Below are positions 13,111 to 25,400 of a stretch of DNA of 64,000 nucleotides, piece by piece. The stretch spans positions 13,764,001 through 13,828,000 of the forward strand of contig NC_088797.1 in NCBI RefSeq assembly GCF_011386835.1, read 5' to 3'. Every line of letters starts with the position of its first letter. Within the stretch, counting starts at the first letter, position 1. The position numbers and the translations under genes were made by a program. Under the pieces are notes generated by a model. That model was not told the origin of the DNA. It saw only the letters and a list, made by a program, of their open reading frames with translations, and did no database searches. The stretch is from Chrysemys picta bellii. Its lineage: Eukaryota.

Positions 13111-14786
13111 GTTTTTAGGTTCTACTTTTATACTGGGCCTGCACATTCTTGGAGGACACATGTATTATGAAAAATCCATTGTGCCTAGGGATGGGTAAAC
13201 TCGTGCTGAATTTCAAACCCACTCAAACTTTATAGGTTTGAAAGTCTTACTTGATTGTTTCTAGCTTATAGTCCACTTATCAAAAGCTGGTGGGAATGGA
13301 AAGAGTAGAGAAGAATCTGAGGGGAAAATAGAGAGAGACTGATTTTTTTTCTTTAAAAAGGAGGAGGAGATAGAATGGGGATAAGAAATGTAATGAAAAA
13401 ATAAATACAGTAAACATCTCACCTATAGTATGTGGCAGTGAAAGCTGTGTGATAAATTGTTTTTAATGTTCACCTTTGACCACTTCACCTGCACGTTCTC
13501 ACTAATCCATCTCTTTTGCTACTACAAGGTACTTCCAACATTCCAAAGCTATGAAAAGCCTGAAACAAATGTGTCAGTCCATCATACCCCTTTAAAAGGG
13601 AATTACATTGGTCTGAGGGCCAATTCAGATAATGTCCTGGATCAATGTCAGGGTTAAAGTCCGATTTCTCACATTGTGTCAGGACTAGAAACAGGAGGTA
13701 TTTTATCATAAGAATGAGGATGTTTCCAGCTTTCCCTTGAGTTGTACAGTACTTGATTCTAGGGTGTGAGTTCCCAAAATATCAAACCTTAAACTTATAA
13801 TAATTATATATACACAAAAGGCATTTTCTATACCACTTTAACATTATGTATGAGTTATCATTTTCCTCTCCTGCAAAGTCCTGTACAGTTGAACCCCATA
13901 ATAACCAAAGCACTTTGAATGTGGAGGAATCTGACAAATTGTACTAACTCTCTAATTTTTCCCCTGTAAAATATGTGGCACGTACAGAAGACAGGACGGT
14001 GTGACAGATTTTACTGGCAATCACGTAGGCCCTTCCCAAATAACTCACTCAAAGCTTCACCACTTGTGTGTAACCCTTCCATCTCAAACTCATGCCTGAC
14101 AAAGAACTGTGTCTCCCACCCCACAGTAACATATTTTGCCATATATGGAGGGCCAAAATAGCTTAATACATAGCATAGATTTCCTTTTATCTAGTTGACT
14201 CACCCACTGATTTAAAGTACCGGAGAAAAAGGTGTGCAAACTCAAGCCTTTTAAACTCGCTGGATCGCCTACCGTTAATTGTGATTGTTTATTAAAAAAA
14301 ACCCTCAGTTAATGAGCTCTCGTGGCTTTTAGGCAGGTTCAGGCTGCCATCACATTTGCTGGAATATTTTTTTAGACTTATTGTAGGCAGGGAGAACAAC
14401 TTCTCTCTCTTAGGGATGGAAACAACAAACTCTGACTTTGGAATTTATTATGTATGCTCTCGGTCAGGAGTATGTTTCTTCCGGGGAACTTTATTTTTCC
14501 CCACACAGTATGTTGTGTGAGCTGGCCAGGGTCTGCTAGGAGCTTTACATCCTGTGGCTCCCAATAAAAATGTTTATTTTTCTTCTGCGTATTGCATATT
14601 TCATTGCTGCTAGTGACAACTCTAGGGATAGAGAGACACTTACTTCTCCCTGCTATAGTGACATGATGACAGCTGCCATGGGAAGGAGAAAAAATAAAGT
14701 GATTTTTCAAAGTTCTCCAGATGAAGGTATATTCAGTGCTATAGTTTAATGGAAGTTGCTTCAGGTGACAGATTTTGGAGCACTCA

Positions 14787-15057
14787 GGGCATATCTACAC
14801 TGCAATTAAAAACCCACGGCTGGCCTGTGCCTGTTTGTTCAGGCTAGGGGGCTGTTTAATTGCCGTGTAGACATTTGGGCACAGTCTAGAGACCAGGCTT
14901 TGGGATCCTGCGCGGTGGGAGAGGCCCAGAGCTCAGACTGCAGCCCAAGTCCAAATGTTTACACCGCAATTAAACAGCCCCTTAACCCGAGCCTCGCAGG
15001 CCTGAGTCTGCTGGCCCAAGCCAGCTGCGGGTGTCTCCTTGCAGTGTAGACATACCC
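14787..15057. mobile_element. PIF/Harbinger-like MITE
   Basis: TIRs gggcatatctacactgcaa / ttgcagtgtagacataccc; internal inverted arms gggctgtttaattgccgtgtagacatttgg / ccaaatgtttacaccgcaattaaacagccc. Confidence 0.8.
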
Positions 15058-15721
15058 ATAGTGGTGTGAAGACAAAGGGTCCAAAAAGGACCACGCACAG
15101 GGCTACGGAATGTGACTTTCTCATCTAATTTATTAAAGGTCATTTTTCACTACCTTTGATTGTTCATGTTGCAATAAAACACTCATCTGACATATGAAAG
15201 GGGCTTGTATGAGTCCAGAAGTGTGTGTGAGAGAGAGAATGTGAAAAAAAATGGAGGAGCAGACCTAAGTCAGCCTTAATTTATGCAGAGCATTACACAG
15301 GATGTCGCAAATCTTGGCAGAATTAATGGGGTGTCTTTAAGATGAACAGTTCTTTGTAAAGGTTTCTGAAGAGCAATATTCAACACCAAATATTTTTAGT
15401 ACCAGGAACTTGTGTTTCCTTTTCTACAGGGAAATGTTTTCATTATGGCGAGTGTAAGAAAATTCTTCTTCCCATTTCCACCAAGTCTTTCCACTTCCCC
15501 CAATTAGGACAAAACTAATAAGAGCAAGTGAGGCAGGAAGAACTCAAAATCTTGGAAAAGCTCTCCAGAAACAAAAGTTCTGCAAAGTTCTGCTTCAGTT
15601 ATTACCAGTGTCCAATGCAATGCTACCAAGTTGTGTTTTTCAGTAGTGCTTTGCACTCTGTACAATGAGAGCCATTGGGTGCTCAGGGCTTTTTAAAATC
15701 TGGTTACTTCATGTAGGCACT

Positions 15722-18059
15722 TCATAGAATCATAGAATCATAGAATCATAGAATATCAGAGTTGGAAGGGACCTCAAGAGGTCATCTAGTCCAACCCCCT
15801 GCTCAAAGCAGGACCAATTCCCAGCTAAATCATCCCAGCCAGGGCTTTGTCAAGCCGGGCCTTAAAAACCTCCAAGGAAGGAGACTCCACCACCTCCCTA
15901 GGTAACGCATTCCAGTGTTTCACCACCCTCCTAGTGAAATAGTTTTTCCTGATATCCAACCTGGACCTCCCCCACCGCAACTTGAGACCATTGCTCCTTG
16001 TTCTGTCATCTGCCACCACTGAGAACAGCCGAGCTCCATCCTCTTTGGAACCCCCCTTCAGGTAGTTGAAGGCTGCTATCAAATCCCCCCTCATTCTTCT
16101 CTTCTGGAGACTAAACAATCCCAGTTCTCTCAGCCTCTCCTCATAAGTCATGTGCTCCAGACCCCTAATCATTTTTGTTGCCCTCCGCTGGACTCTTTCC
16201 AATTTTTCCACATCCTTCTTGTAGTGTGGGGCCCAAAACTGGACACAGTATTCCAGATGAGGCCTCACCAATGTCGAATAAAGGGGAACGATCACGTTCC
16301 TCGATCTGCTGGCAATGCCCCTACTTATACAGCCCAAAATGCCGTTAGCCTTCTTGGCAACAAGAGCACACTGTTGACTCATATCCAGCTTCTCGTCCAC
16401 TGTGACCCCTAGGTCCTTTTCAGCAGAACTGCTACCTAGCCATTCGGTCCCTAGTCTGTAGCAGTGCATGGGATTCTTCCGTCCTAAGTGCAGGACTCTG
16501 CACTTGTCCTTGTTGAACCTCATCAGGTTTTTTTCTGCCCAATCCTCTAATTTGTCTAGGTCCCTCTGTATCCGATCCCTACCCTCTAGTGTATCTACCA
16601 CGCCTCCTAGTTTAGTGTCATCTGCAAACTTGCTGAGAGTGCAGTCCACACCATCCTCCAGATCATTAATAAAGATATTAAACAAAACCGGCCCCAGGAC
16701 CGACCCTTGGGGCACTCCACTTGAAACCGGCTGCCAACTAGACATGGAGCCATTGATCACTACCCGTTGAGCCCGACGATCTAGCCAGCTTTCTATCCAC
16801 CTTACAGTCCATTCATCCAGCCCATACTTCTTTAACTTGGTGGCAAGAATACTGTGGGAGACAGTATCAAAAGCTTTGCTAAAGTCAAGAAATAACACAT
16901 CCACTGCTTTCCCCTCATCCACAGAGCCAGTTATCTCATCATAGAAGGCAATTAGGTTAGTCAGGCACGACTTCCCCTTCGTGAATCCATGCTGACTGTT
17001 CCTGATCACTTTCCTTTCCTCTAAATGTTTCATAATTGATTCCTTGAGGACCTGCTCCATAATTTTTCCAGGGACTGAGGTGAGGCTGACTGGCCTGTAG
17101 TTCCCCGGATCCTCCTTCTTCCCTTTTTTAAAGATGGGCACTACATTAGCCTTTTTCCAGTCATCTGGGACCTCCCCCGATCGCCATGAGTTTTCAAAAA
17201 TAATGGCTAATGGCTCTGCAATCTCACCCGCCAACTCCTTTAGCACCCTCGGATGCAGCGCATCCGGCCCCATGGACTTGTGCACGTCCAGTTTTTCTAA
17301 ATAGTCCCGAACCACTTCTTTCTCCACAGAGGGCTGGTCACCTTCTCCCCATGCTGTACTGCCCAGTGCAGCAATCTGGGAGCTGACCTTGTGCGTGAAG
17401 ACAGAGGCAAAAAAATCATTGAGTACATTAGCTTTTTCCACATCCTCGGTCACTAGGTTGCCTCCCTCATTCAGTAAGGGGCCCACACTTTCCTTGATTT
17501 TCTTCTTGTTGCTAACATACCTGAAGAAACCCTTCTTGTTACTCTTAACATCTCTTGCTAACTGCAACTCCAAGTGTGATTTGGCCTTCCTGATTTCACT
17601 CCTGCACGCCTGAGCAATATTTTTATACTCCTCCCTGGTCATTTGTCCAATCTTCCACTTCTTATAAGCCTCTTTTTTGCGTTTAAGATCAGCAAGGATT
17701 TCACTGTTTAGCCAAGCTGGTCGCCTGCCATATCTACTATTCTTTCTACACATCGGGATGGTTTGTTCCTGCAACCTCAATAAGGATTCTTTAAAATACA
17801 GCCAGCTCTCCTGGACCCCTTTGCCCTTCATGTTATTCTCCCAGGGGATCCTGCCCATCTGTTCCCTGAGGGAGTCAAAGTCTGCTTTTCTGAAGTCCAG
17901 GGTCCATATTCTGCTGCTCTCCTTTCTTCCTTGTGTCAGGATCCTGAACTCGACCATCTCATGGTCACTGCCTCCCAGGTTCCCATCCACTTTTACTTCC
18001 CCTACTAGTTCTTCCCTGTTTGTGAGCAGCAGGTCAAGAAAAGCTTTGCCCCTAGTTGG
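15722..18059 (-). mobile_element. CR1 LINE (PsCR1-like), 5'-truncated, very young
   Basis: (catagaat)n tail at 15722-15754, 3'UTR stem-loop and uninterrupted ORF2 RT; homology ends at ...PTRG (18059); no TSD seen. Confidence 0.97.
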
Positions 18060-18122
18060 AATTGAGCTCCTTGGAAAAACTGTTTCCATAGATTGTTCTT
18101 GAAAATCATACAGAGAATGCAT
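15825..18122 (-). CDS. CR1 ORF2 remnant: C-terminal part of the endonuclease plus complete reverse transcriptase (765 aa; the first 21 aa come from flanking DNA)
   Basis: Motifs [13 protein letters not shown]-like [44 protein letters not shown]; no stops or frameshifts. Confidence 0.9.
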   Translation of the reverse strand: MHSLYDFQEQSMETVFPRSSIPTRGKAFLDLLLTNREELVGEVKVDGNLGGSDHEMVEFRILTQGRKESSRIWTLDFRKADFDSLREQMGRIPWENNMKGKGVQESWLYFKESLLRLQEQTIPMCRKNSRYGRRPAWLNSEILADLKRKKEAYKKWKIGQMTREEYKNIAQACRSEIRKAKSHLELQLARDVKSNKKGFFRYVSNKKKIKESVGPLLNEGGNLVTEDVEKANVLNDFFASVFTHKVSSQIAALGSTAWGEGDQPSVEKEVVRDYLEKLDVHKSMGPDALHPRVLKELAGEIAEPLAIIFENSWRSGEVPDDWKKANVVPIFKKGKKEDPGNYRPVSLTSVPGKIMEQVLKESIMKHLEERKVIRNSQHGFTKGKSCLTNLIAFYDEITGSVDEGKAVDVLFLDFSKAFDTVSHSILATKLKKYGLDEWTVRWIESWLDRRAQRVVINGSMSSWQPVSSGVPQGSVLGPVLFNIFINDLEDGVDCTLSKFADDTKLGGVVDTLEGRDRIQRDLDKLEDWAEKNLMRFNKDKCRVLHLGRKNPMHCYRLGTEWLGSSSAEKDLGVTVDEKLDMSQQCALVAKKANGILGCISRGIASRSRNVIVPLYSTLVRPHLEYCVQFWAPHYKKDVEKLERVQRRATKMIRGLEHMTYEERLRELGLFSLQKRRMRGDLIAAFNYLKGGSKEDGARLFSVVADDRTRSNGLKLRWGRSRLDIRKNYFTRRVVKHWNALPREVVESPSLEVFKARLDKALAGMI

Positions 18123-18945
18123 CTATGCTGCTGCATAAAACAACAGTGAGAAAAAGAGTGTGTGATCCATGTATGTATCCAAAGAACAATATAAGAATGG
18201 AACAGCTCAAAACAGGCTAAAATAAGAATGGCATAAAACTTCACCCTAAACTCAAACCAGATTTTTAGACTTGAATGTATTTTCTTTAACAACTTGGTTC
18301 TGGCTTGGTATAGACATGCTATTGTGAGAATACAAACTGATTAACTTTTTGAAGGCGGGGGTACCGTGGATATTAAGAAGTTCTGATTAAAAAGTAACTT
18401 TTGATGGTATGGTCTCAATCACAAAAATGGCTTTCTACTTTGTTTATAATTCTCCTCATGATTTCATTATACAGTCCCAATAAAATGGTGCAGATATTAG
18501 CACTCAGCATCACAGTAACAGAAAAGTTATATATGATGAGAATGACATTGCCTTATCCTAAAGAGATGTCCTTTAGACCCAGATCCTGGCATGCTTACTC
18601 ATGTTGAGTAATACATAGCTTCAGAGGAAGTCCCATTGATTTCAGTGAGGTTGGCAGAACAGAGTGCACAAGGTAGCGATCTGGGAATAGTAGAAATTCA
18701 AGAAATATATGCATCTGTCCTAGATGTGCTGTGGTATCCTCATCAGAGGACCTGTTTCATGGATTGGTGCTATCTACTTTTAGAAGCAGAGTTGAATATT
18801 TCTCATTACAAGGAGTTTATTTGTTGTGCATTTGTGGGCAAGATCACTTGGATTTAGATTAAGCTAAATAAAAATGGTCTTACTTTCATACGTACTGGTT
18901 TCCAGGTCATTTATCATAGATCATCTGAGGCTCTTGAGCTAACAG

Positions 18946-19122
18946 CAGGGCCGGCGCAACCCATTAGGCGACCTAGGCAGTCGCCTAGGGCACTACAATT
19001 TGGGGGGCGGCGACCGTGGCGGTATTTCGGTGGCGGGACCGTCCGCTGCCTCTGTGGGGGGCCGCATTTCAGGGCGGGACCTTCCGCCGCCTAGGGCGGC
19101 AGAAAAGCTGGCGGCGCTCCTG
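18946..19122. mobile_element. hAT-type MITE
   Basis: TIRs cagggccggcgc / gcggcgctcctg; 8-bp flanks gctaacag / gcaaacat (6/8). Confidence 0.75.
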
Positions 19123-19288
19123 GCAAACATTTACTAGTTTAATTGTGATGGGGCTGGAGGCAGGACATTTCAGTGAGAAGTTCTTGATCATGGAACTCTC
19201 TTCAGTTCACCAAAGGTCAGATCTTGTTCTTTCAGGTAACACTGCAAGACCATTGTCTGGCTACACCAAAGGAAAGACAGGAGACATT

Positions 19289-19991
19289 TGACATGGGTTT
19301 AATCAGAACGCAACTTTATTATTAGATGTCTGGGACTACCCAGCAGATAAAAGCGTACAGTACAGATAACCCCATGTTTATTACTGAATTACCCAGGGGT
19401 TCTTACCAGCTCCCCCTCTTTTTCCCTTCATGTCTCTCCAGCAAATGGATTGTCAGGACCTTACCATCCACCCCACCTCCTAGGAGGGTTAAGGTTGGCT
19501 ATACAAATGGGGGGTTGGCTCCCTGCATACCAATCATAGGAGTCCCCAACCTCCCCCCCATTTGTTCCTTTAATGAACACCTCTTTTAAGTCCCTTTTCC
19601 AAGCCATTTATCCGATCATGGTATACCTTTCCTATGGAGTACCTGCACTGGACATCCGCCACAAGGAGGCACCAGCAATTAGCTTGGCTGACCTGCCCCC
19701 CCCCAAACCCAGTCAGGTTCCCAGACATCTCTTACTGCCCCCCTTTTATGTTGGCCAAATGGGCTCCAAGGTTTTACAGGGGAACCCTATCCTCCCTGAA
19801 TAATTTGGTTCCCCAGGATGTTCAAATTGCTGAGCCTTTTATGACCCCAAGGGATTTGCCCATCTCTGTTAGAATCTGTTGAGCCTTGTCCCCCCCAGGT
19901 GGCGCCCCAAAACCTGCGTTAATGCATGTACGACAACATGGACCTGCATCAAGTCCCTTCTTGTTCTGGGCAGTAATGGAACCCCTTTACA
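19289..19991 (-). mobile_element. Solo LTR (~703 bp), 4-bp TSD CATT
   Basis: TG...CA ends with catt on both sides; AATAAA on the minus strand ~25 nt from the LTR 3' end (plus strand aactttatt at ~19312). Confidence 0.75.
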
Positions 19992-21345
19992 CATTCCCAA
20001 ATAGTGTTCTCCTATGTGTGCCACATCATGTCAGTGGCTGCTGATGGGCCCCCATGGCGCACAGCAGTGGCATCAGCTGGTCCAATAACATGCTTCTCCT
20101 TCCATGCCAACACAGACTCGCCCCATCACTGGACCTCGGTTGCCAACCCCTAAAAGCCACTAGGACGTCCACTTATGTGCATAAGAAAAACAATCCTGTG
20201 CCCACAGATCAACACCAACGCCTCCATAGCCGGTCTTCCAACATTGTTCTGCTTCCACATGGAGCCATGCGGCTGAGATGTGCTGAAGTGCTGAGTTCTT
20301 TCCTGCTTCAGCCTGCTCCGTGCGAAAGGGAGGCTTTAGGAGCAGAGCTGCCCCTTTTAAAGCCCGCATTCCTAGGGGATGAGTCAGCGACCATGCTGAC
20401 CCTTTTGCAGCAGTTTTCATTCCCTCCCTCCCCACCCCAGCCATAAAACACTGTTTCCTTCATTCGGGGAGCCAGCCAATTACCTCCCTGCTTAAAGGTG
20501 CAGGGCAGCCATTTGTTCTTCCAGACTGTTCTTCCAGAGGAAAACAAGTTAATGGTTTGGATGTCAAGAGTTTTGTTAAGAGGGCTTTTGGGGAGAGTCC
20601 ATTTGTTGACCCTATTATTTTGACATCGACTGTACATGAGCCCAAAGCACTGAATACACATTTGCCTATAAAATGAAAGAGAAAAGCATTAGTGAAGCTA
20701 AAAGATGTTAGATTTCACATGACTTTTCCGGTGTAGACCACACTATGTGGTTATTCAATACAAATATATACCTATATCTATATAACCGTCGGTCTGTCTC
20801 TATATATAGGTGCTTCTAAGCATTTATCCCTTTGGGTGTATATGTGTGCTTTCCTTTTCCCCAGGTTGCTAGGAGATATTTTTCTTACAAGATTTGTCAC
20901 TATTTTTTATGATCTGAAAATGGAATTGGAAGAATTGACTTTCTGTCTATGACGTTTGAAGGACTATTGAAAAGAGGAATTGTTAAAGATTAAATGATTT
21001 GGTCCTTAAAATACAATAGTAAATTAATTTGAGGGTATTTTGATCTATATTTTTTTAAAATGTTGGATGAGATGGGAAAATATTTTACCAATCTGTGTTA
21101 GTTCTGTACCGTGAAATAATTCCCACTACTGTACATCTGTACTGGGGTGATTTCATTTTAAATTCTAGCAGTTTGATTAATATTTGCTCAATTCACATGT
21201 AGCAAGGCTAATCAAGTGAGCTTCAAAATGTAATAATGTATTGCAGAAGAACTACCTCCAGTTTCATCCATAGTCTTTCATGACACTTCTCTTAGGAAAA
21301 AGTAATAAATTGTCCCGTTCGGAGCAAAATTCTGACTGACTGGGC

Positions 21346-21534
21346 CAGGGCCGGCTCCAGGGTTTTGGCCACCCCAAGCGATCTGCGGCGGCAATTCGGC
21401 AGGAGGTCCTTTGCTCCCAGCGGGAGTGAGGGACCGTCTGCCGAATTGCCGCCGAATACCTGGACGTGCCGCCCCTCTCCGGAGCGGGCGCCCCAAGCAC
21501 CTGCTTGCCAGGCTGGTGCCCGGAGCTGGCCCTG
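21346..21534. mobile_element. hAT-type MITE (CAGGGCCGGCTCC family)
   Basis: TIRs cagggccggctcc / ggagctggccctg; TSD gactgggc / gactgggt. Confidence 0.9.
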
Positions 21535-21889
21535 GACTGGGTCCTTTGGTCCTTTGGATTCACAGATTCTACTCTCCACGCCCTCTGCTACCAGATAGGC
21601 ATTCCAACGGTGATGGCTTGCATCTTTCCAGGAATATAACCACAGACTCAGCAATGGGCCTTCAGCATGTATGCCTGTGCATTTCATCTTTTGGCAGGTA
21701 GCAGTACTGGCAGACTATGCAGGGGGGCTTGGTTTGCCAAAGTACAAGCACACATTAATGATACTTTCATAATAGTGTCTATATATGCTGGTTTGGGGGA
21801 TGATCTGGCTCAGTGCCAGCATTTATTACTTGCTCTGAGTTTAGCCGGTTCTGTGTTTTCTTGTCCAAAAAATTTAAAATATTTTTGCT

Positions 21890-22417
21890 TGTAAGTGGGT
21901 GTGGCTGCCCATAGCTCCCCTGTTGGACAAGTGTTGCACTGCAAGGGCTTCGATTTCCCTTCCTGAGGTGGGTTTCCTCAGCTCTCCACACACCAGTGAG
22001 TTCTCCAGCCACGTCACAAAACAAGAAGTCTAAACTAAAAAGTCCTAACAAACGAAAAAGCTCTTCTGTCCTTTGGGGCTTATCTTCAGGCTATGCTCTG
22101 AGCCCTATTCCTAGCCCCCTTCTGTGCTACCTTTGAGAGTCTCTTTCTCTGGTCTGGGCGAAAGTGCTGGCCCCAGCCTGGTTCCCCTTTCCCCTCCGAA
22201 CCCTGGCCCAGTGCCTTCCACAGAAGCCTACCTGCCTGCTCTCTGTGGTTCCAACTACCAGACCGATCCCACTGTCAGTCCTTTTATAAGGCCCAGGTAT
22301 CCATTAAGCTACCATCTGACTCTCCTTAGACCTTCCCTCTTAGGCTAGAAGCAGTTGCTTAAGTCACACGTTTGGCTGGCCCCATCTCCCCTTAAAGAGG
22401 CCAGTCACCCTGTGACA
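21890..22417 (-). mobile_element. Solo LTR (~528 bp)
   Basis: tgtaag...ccctgtgaca ends; 5-bp flanks ttgct / gtgct; TATAAAA on the minus strand (tccttttataagg). Confidence 0.65.
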
Positions 22418-25400
22418 GTGCTGCATTGATTGGAAGCTGAGAACTGCTAGGTGAGTTTCAGGTTCTTTCAACTGTAAAAGTCAGAGTGCAACTCAGAGTG
22501 AGAGCTCCTGCAAAAAGAAACCGGAAAAATCTGGTAAGCATTTTGAAACCAAGCATTTACCCACCTCTAACACTGACACACTTCAGCCCATGTGATTATC
22601 ACTGAACAGAGTTGCCTGCTGTGAGTTCGCTGTCATTTTCATTCTCGTGTGCAGTGACTTTAAAAAAAGAAATAGGATTCTTCCTTATACCTTTGTAGCC
22701 TTATGCCAGTTCTGTTCCTTTGCCATCTGTCTCTGAATTCTTCTCAGTGAGGCCTCATTTCCTCCCTCACTCTTCCACTGCAGAAATTGAACACAGCATA
22801 TCTGCAATACATATAGCATCTCTCTCGCATGCATTCTCTGAAAACCCTGAATTTTATCCCAGCTTACTTCCTGCTGCCCAGTGCCTGGCTCATGTAACAC
22901 CACTGATCTGGCATCATCTTTATTGAAATATTTATCTTACTCCTAGATTATTTATGAGTTTTCTGGTCCTCTTCTAGTAATACTTTCAGTTGCCTCTGAA
23001 GAAATAGTATAGCCATGAAATATTGGGTGGAGGGTTGTTATGGGAATGCCTTTGGATGCTGCTTTAATTTGATAAAAAGTGGATATTAAAGATACTTATT
23101 TAATTTAAGTGTAGGGTTTATCATCGCTCTGTGTTTGGTCCATTTCCTCTCTGTCTGTATATTATCTGCACACACAGCACCAGTTTATCTGACAGACTGT
23201 GATTTATCTCATGGCAATATCTTTTTTCCCACTAAATGCGGATAATATAACTGTTTGCACTATTGGGCTGATCCAAAGACAATTGGAGTAAATGGTTTTC
23301 CATTAACATCAGTAGCCTTTGGATCAAGCCTTAAAATGGGTTACTCCTACCACCATTCGTACTACAAGATATAGCTACTTATGGTGGTTGTAACTATTTT
23401 AATAGGAGAGAAATTAAAATACTATCACTGTGATTTTTAAATAGCGGGATTGAAGTTTATTATATGCAGTAAATTCTTATCTGGCTACTCAAAAGATCAT
23501 TTTAATGTTATAGAATGAAAAAAGCAAGAAATACAAAGAAATAAAGATCAGAATCACAGCCCCCATAGTGAAATGAATTCCCCTAAGCTGGATTCCCAAG
23601 CCTTCCCCTTTAGCCTTAGCTCTCTTTCATTTTAGAGCCTCTTCTTTCAATTGTAAAGGTCACTTTTTTGTTTCTTGTGTCACGGCTTCCAACACCCACA
23701 CTCTCTCATTCATTCCCTTCCTCCCTCTCCCACCAAATGTGTATTTTTATCTCGGGTCCAAGGTCTCCTTCTATCTCCCACAGGTTTCTGTTTTGCTTCT
23801 AGGTTTCTCTCTGTGTCTGCACTTCCTGCTTCATGTGCTTATTCCTGTCTTCCCTAATATTGATTCTTGTCCATGCTGCCCAGTCACTCTTAATGATTTT
23901 TGACATATTTAAGGGAGGAGTGCTTCCTTGTGCACTCTACTCTGATTCTCCCCTGGCAGGATACAAGTAACTCCCATCACAGTCAATGAGTTATAGCTGT
24001 ATCCTGCAAGGGGCCCACCTGAAGAATCCTTTTGCATTTAGCCTGATCCATCTCTGGTTTCATAACTGATGTGCCCTACTAAGAGTATTCTGTGTGAAGA
24101 ATTTCCTTAATGAATGCATTGAAAAATCTCCCCATTTGATTATATTGAAACTTTTGACCTTTCCAGCTGAAGACTTTTCCTTCAGCGGGCTCAAGGAATT
24201 ATTCACCTCTCAGAGACTGTTTTAGAAGGAATTATATAACCAAAGTAAAAACTTACTCGAGGCATGAGGTGACACGACTGAGGTCAGGCATTAAGAACAT
24301 TCTGTCTCATTCATGCTGCAAAACCAAGAACAGAACCATGAGCTGCTAAAAAGTCTTACTTTATCGTTTGCCTTTACTCTTGCTATTGTGATAATTTTTG
24401 GAAAGGTTAAAGCCAGATCCTCAATTTATGTGAGTTGATTGGATGAGCTCTTGATGAACTGTTGCCATTACATCCCTAGCTCGAGCATCAGCGTCCCTGG
24501 AGCTTCCACCCACTCTTCCCAATGGGCCAGCTGGCTCAAGCTTAAAGCCCCACTCAAGCTAGAGATTGTGTGTGTGTGGACAGGAGTCGAGGTAGGGGTA
24601 ACACCCAAGTTATAACTTTGAGCTAACTGTGCTATAAAGACACACTCTGTGAGTGACTTGGGGGAGGCGGGGTTCAGGAGAGCTGTGGAACATGTCAAAG
24701 ATGTAGGACTTCCTCCAGCCAGGATCCACACAAGGAGAGAAGGGGAACATGGAGCCCGAAGCTAGGGATAACAGAAGTGTATATTTCTCTTCTCTCACCG
24801 AGAAGCTATTATACATAAATCAATGATGCATTCAGGTTTGCTTTCCTTTAGTTCCTTTCATCTGCTGCATCTGACAAGAAAACCAAGGGATTAATGTGAC
24901 ATCTCAACAAATCTTCACACCGCCATCCAGCCATTCCTGAAATTCCATACCGTTCAGATCATTTGACATTAAGTTTTCCACTGCAGAAATACTTATCTGG
25001 CCACGGGGTTGCTTCCGCCAATAATTGATATTCCAGAATGGGAAACAAAACAGTCTTCGGTGCCCCCGCTTTAGCATACCACAGCTGGCTGCAGTGCACT
25101 TACCAGCTTGACAGCCTGTGGCTACGAGGGAGCACGCAGACAGTCTGATTTTTTTTTCCCAAGCAGGAGCCAGCACTTTGTGCAAGGATGTCTTTAAACA
25201 AATAAATTTCTTCTGTGAAAAATGAAAGAGGCAGAAAAAAGCAATAATATCACATAATCTGCATAGTCAATATGTGCAACTGCAAGCATGTTTTCAGCCT
25301 TCTAATAGGGCATCATAAACATGCAGGATTTTATGGCATTCAGCTAAAGAATAGCTTACATAAATTAGATGAAATGCAATTTCTTTGTTTGCACTCTGAA

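Noticed and set aside
16152-18102. Plus-strand ORFs of 74-141 aa
   Set aside because: Antisense shadows of the CR1 RT ORF.
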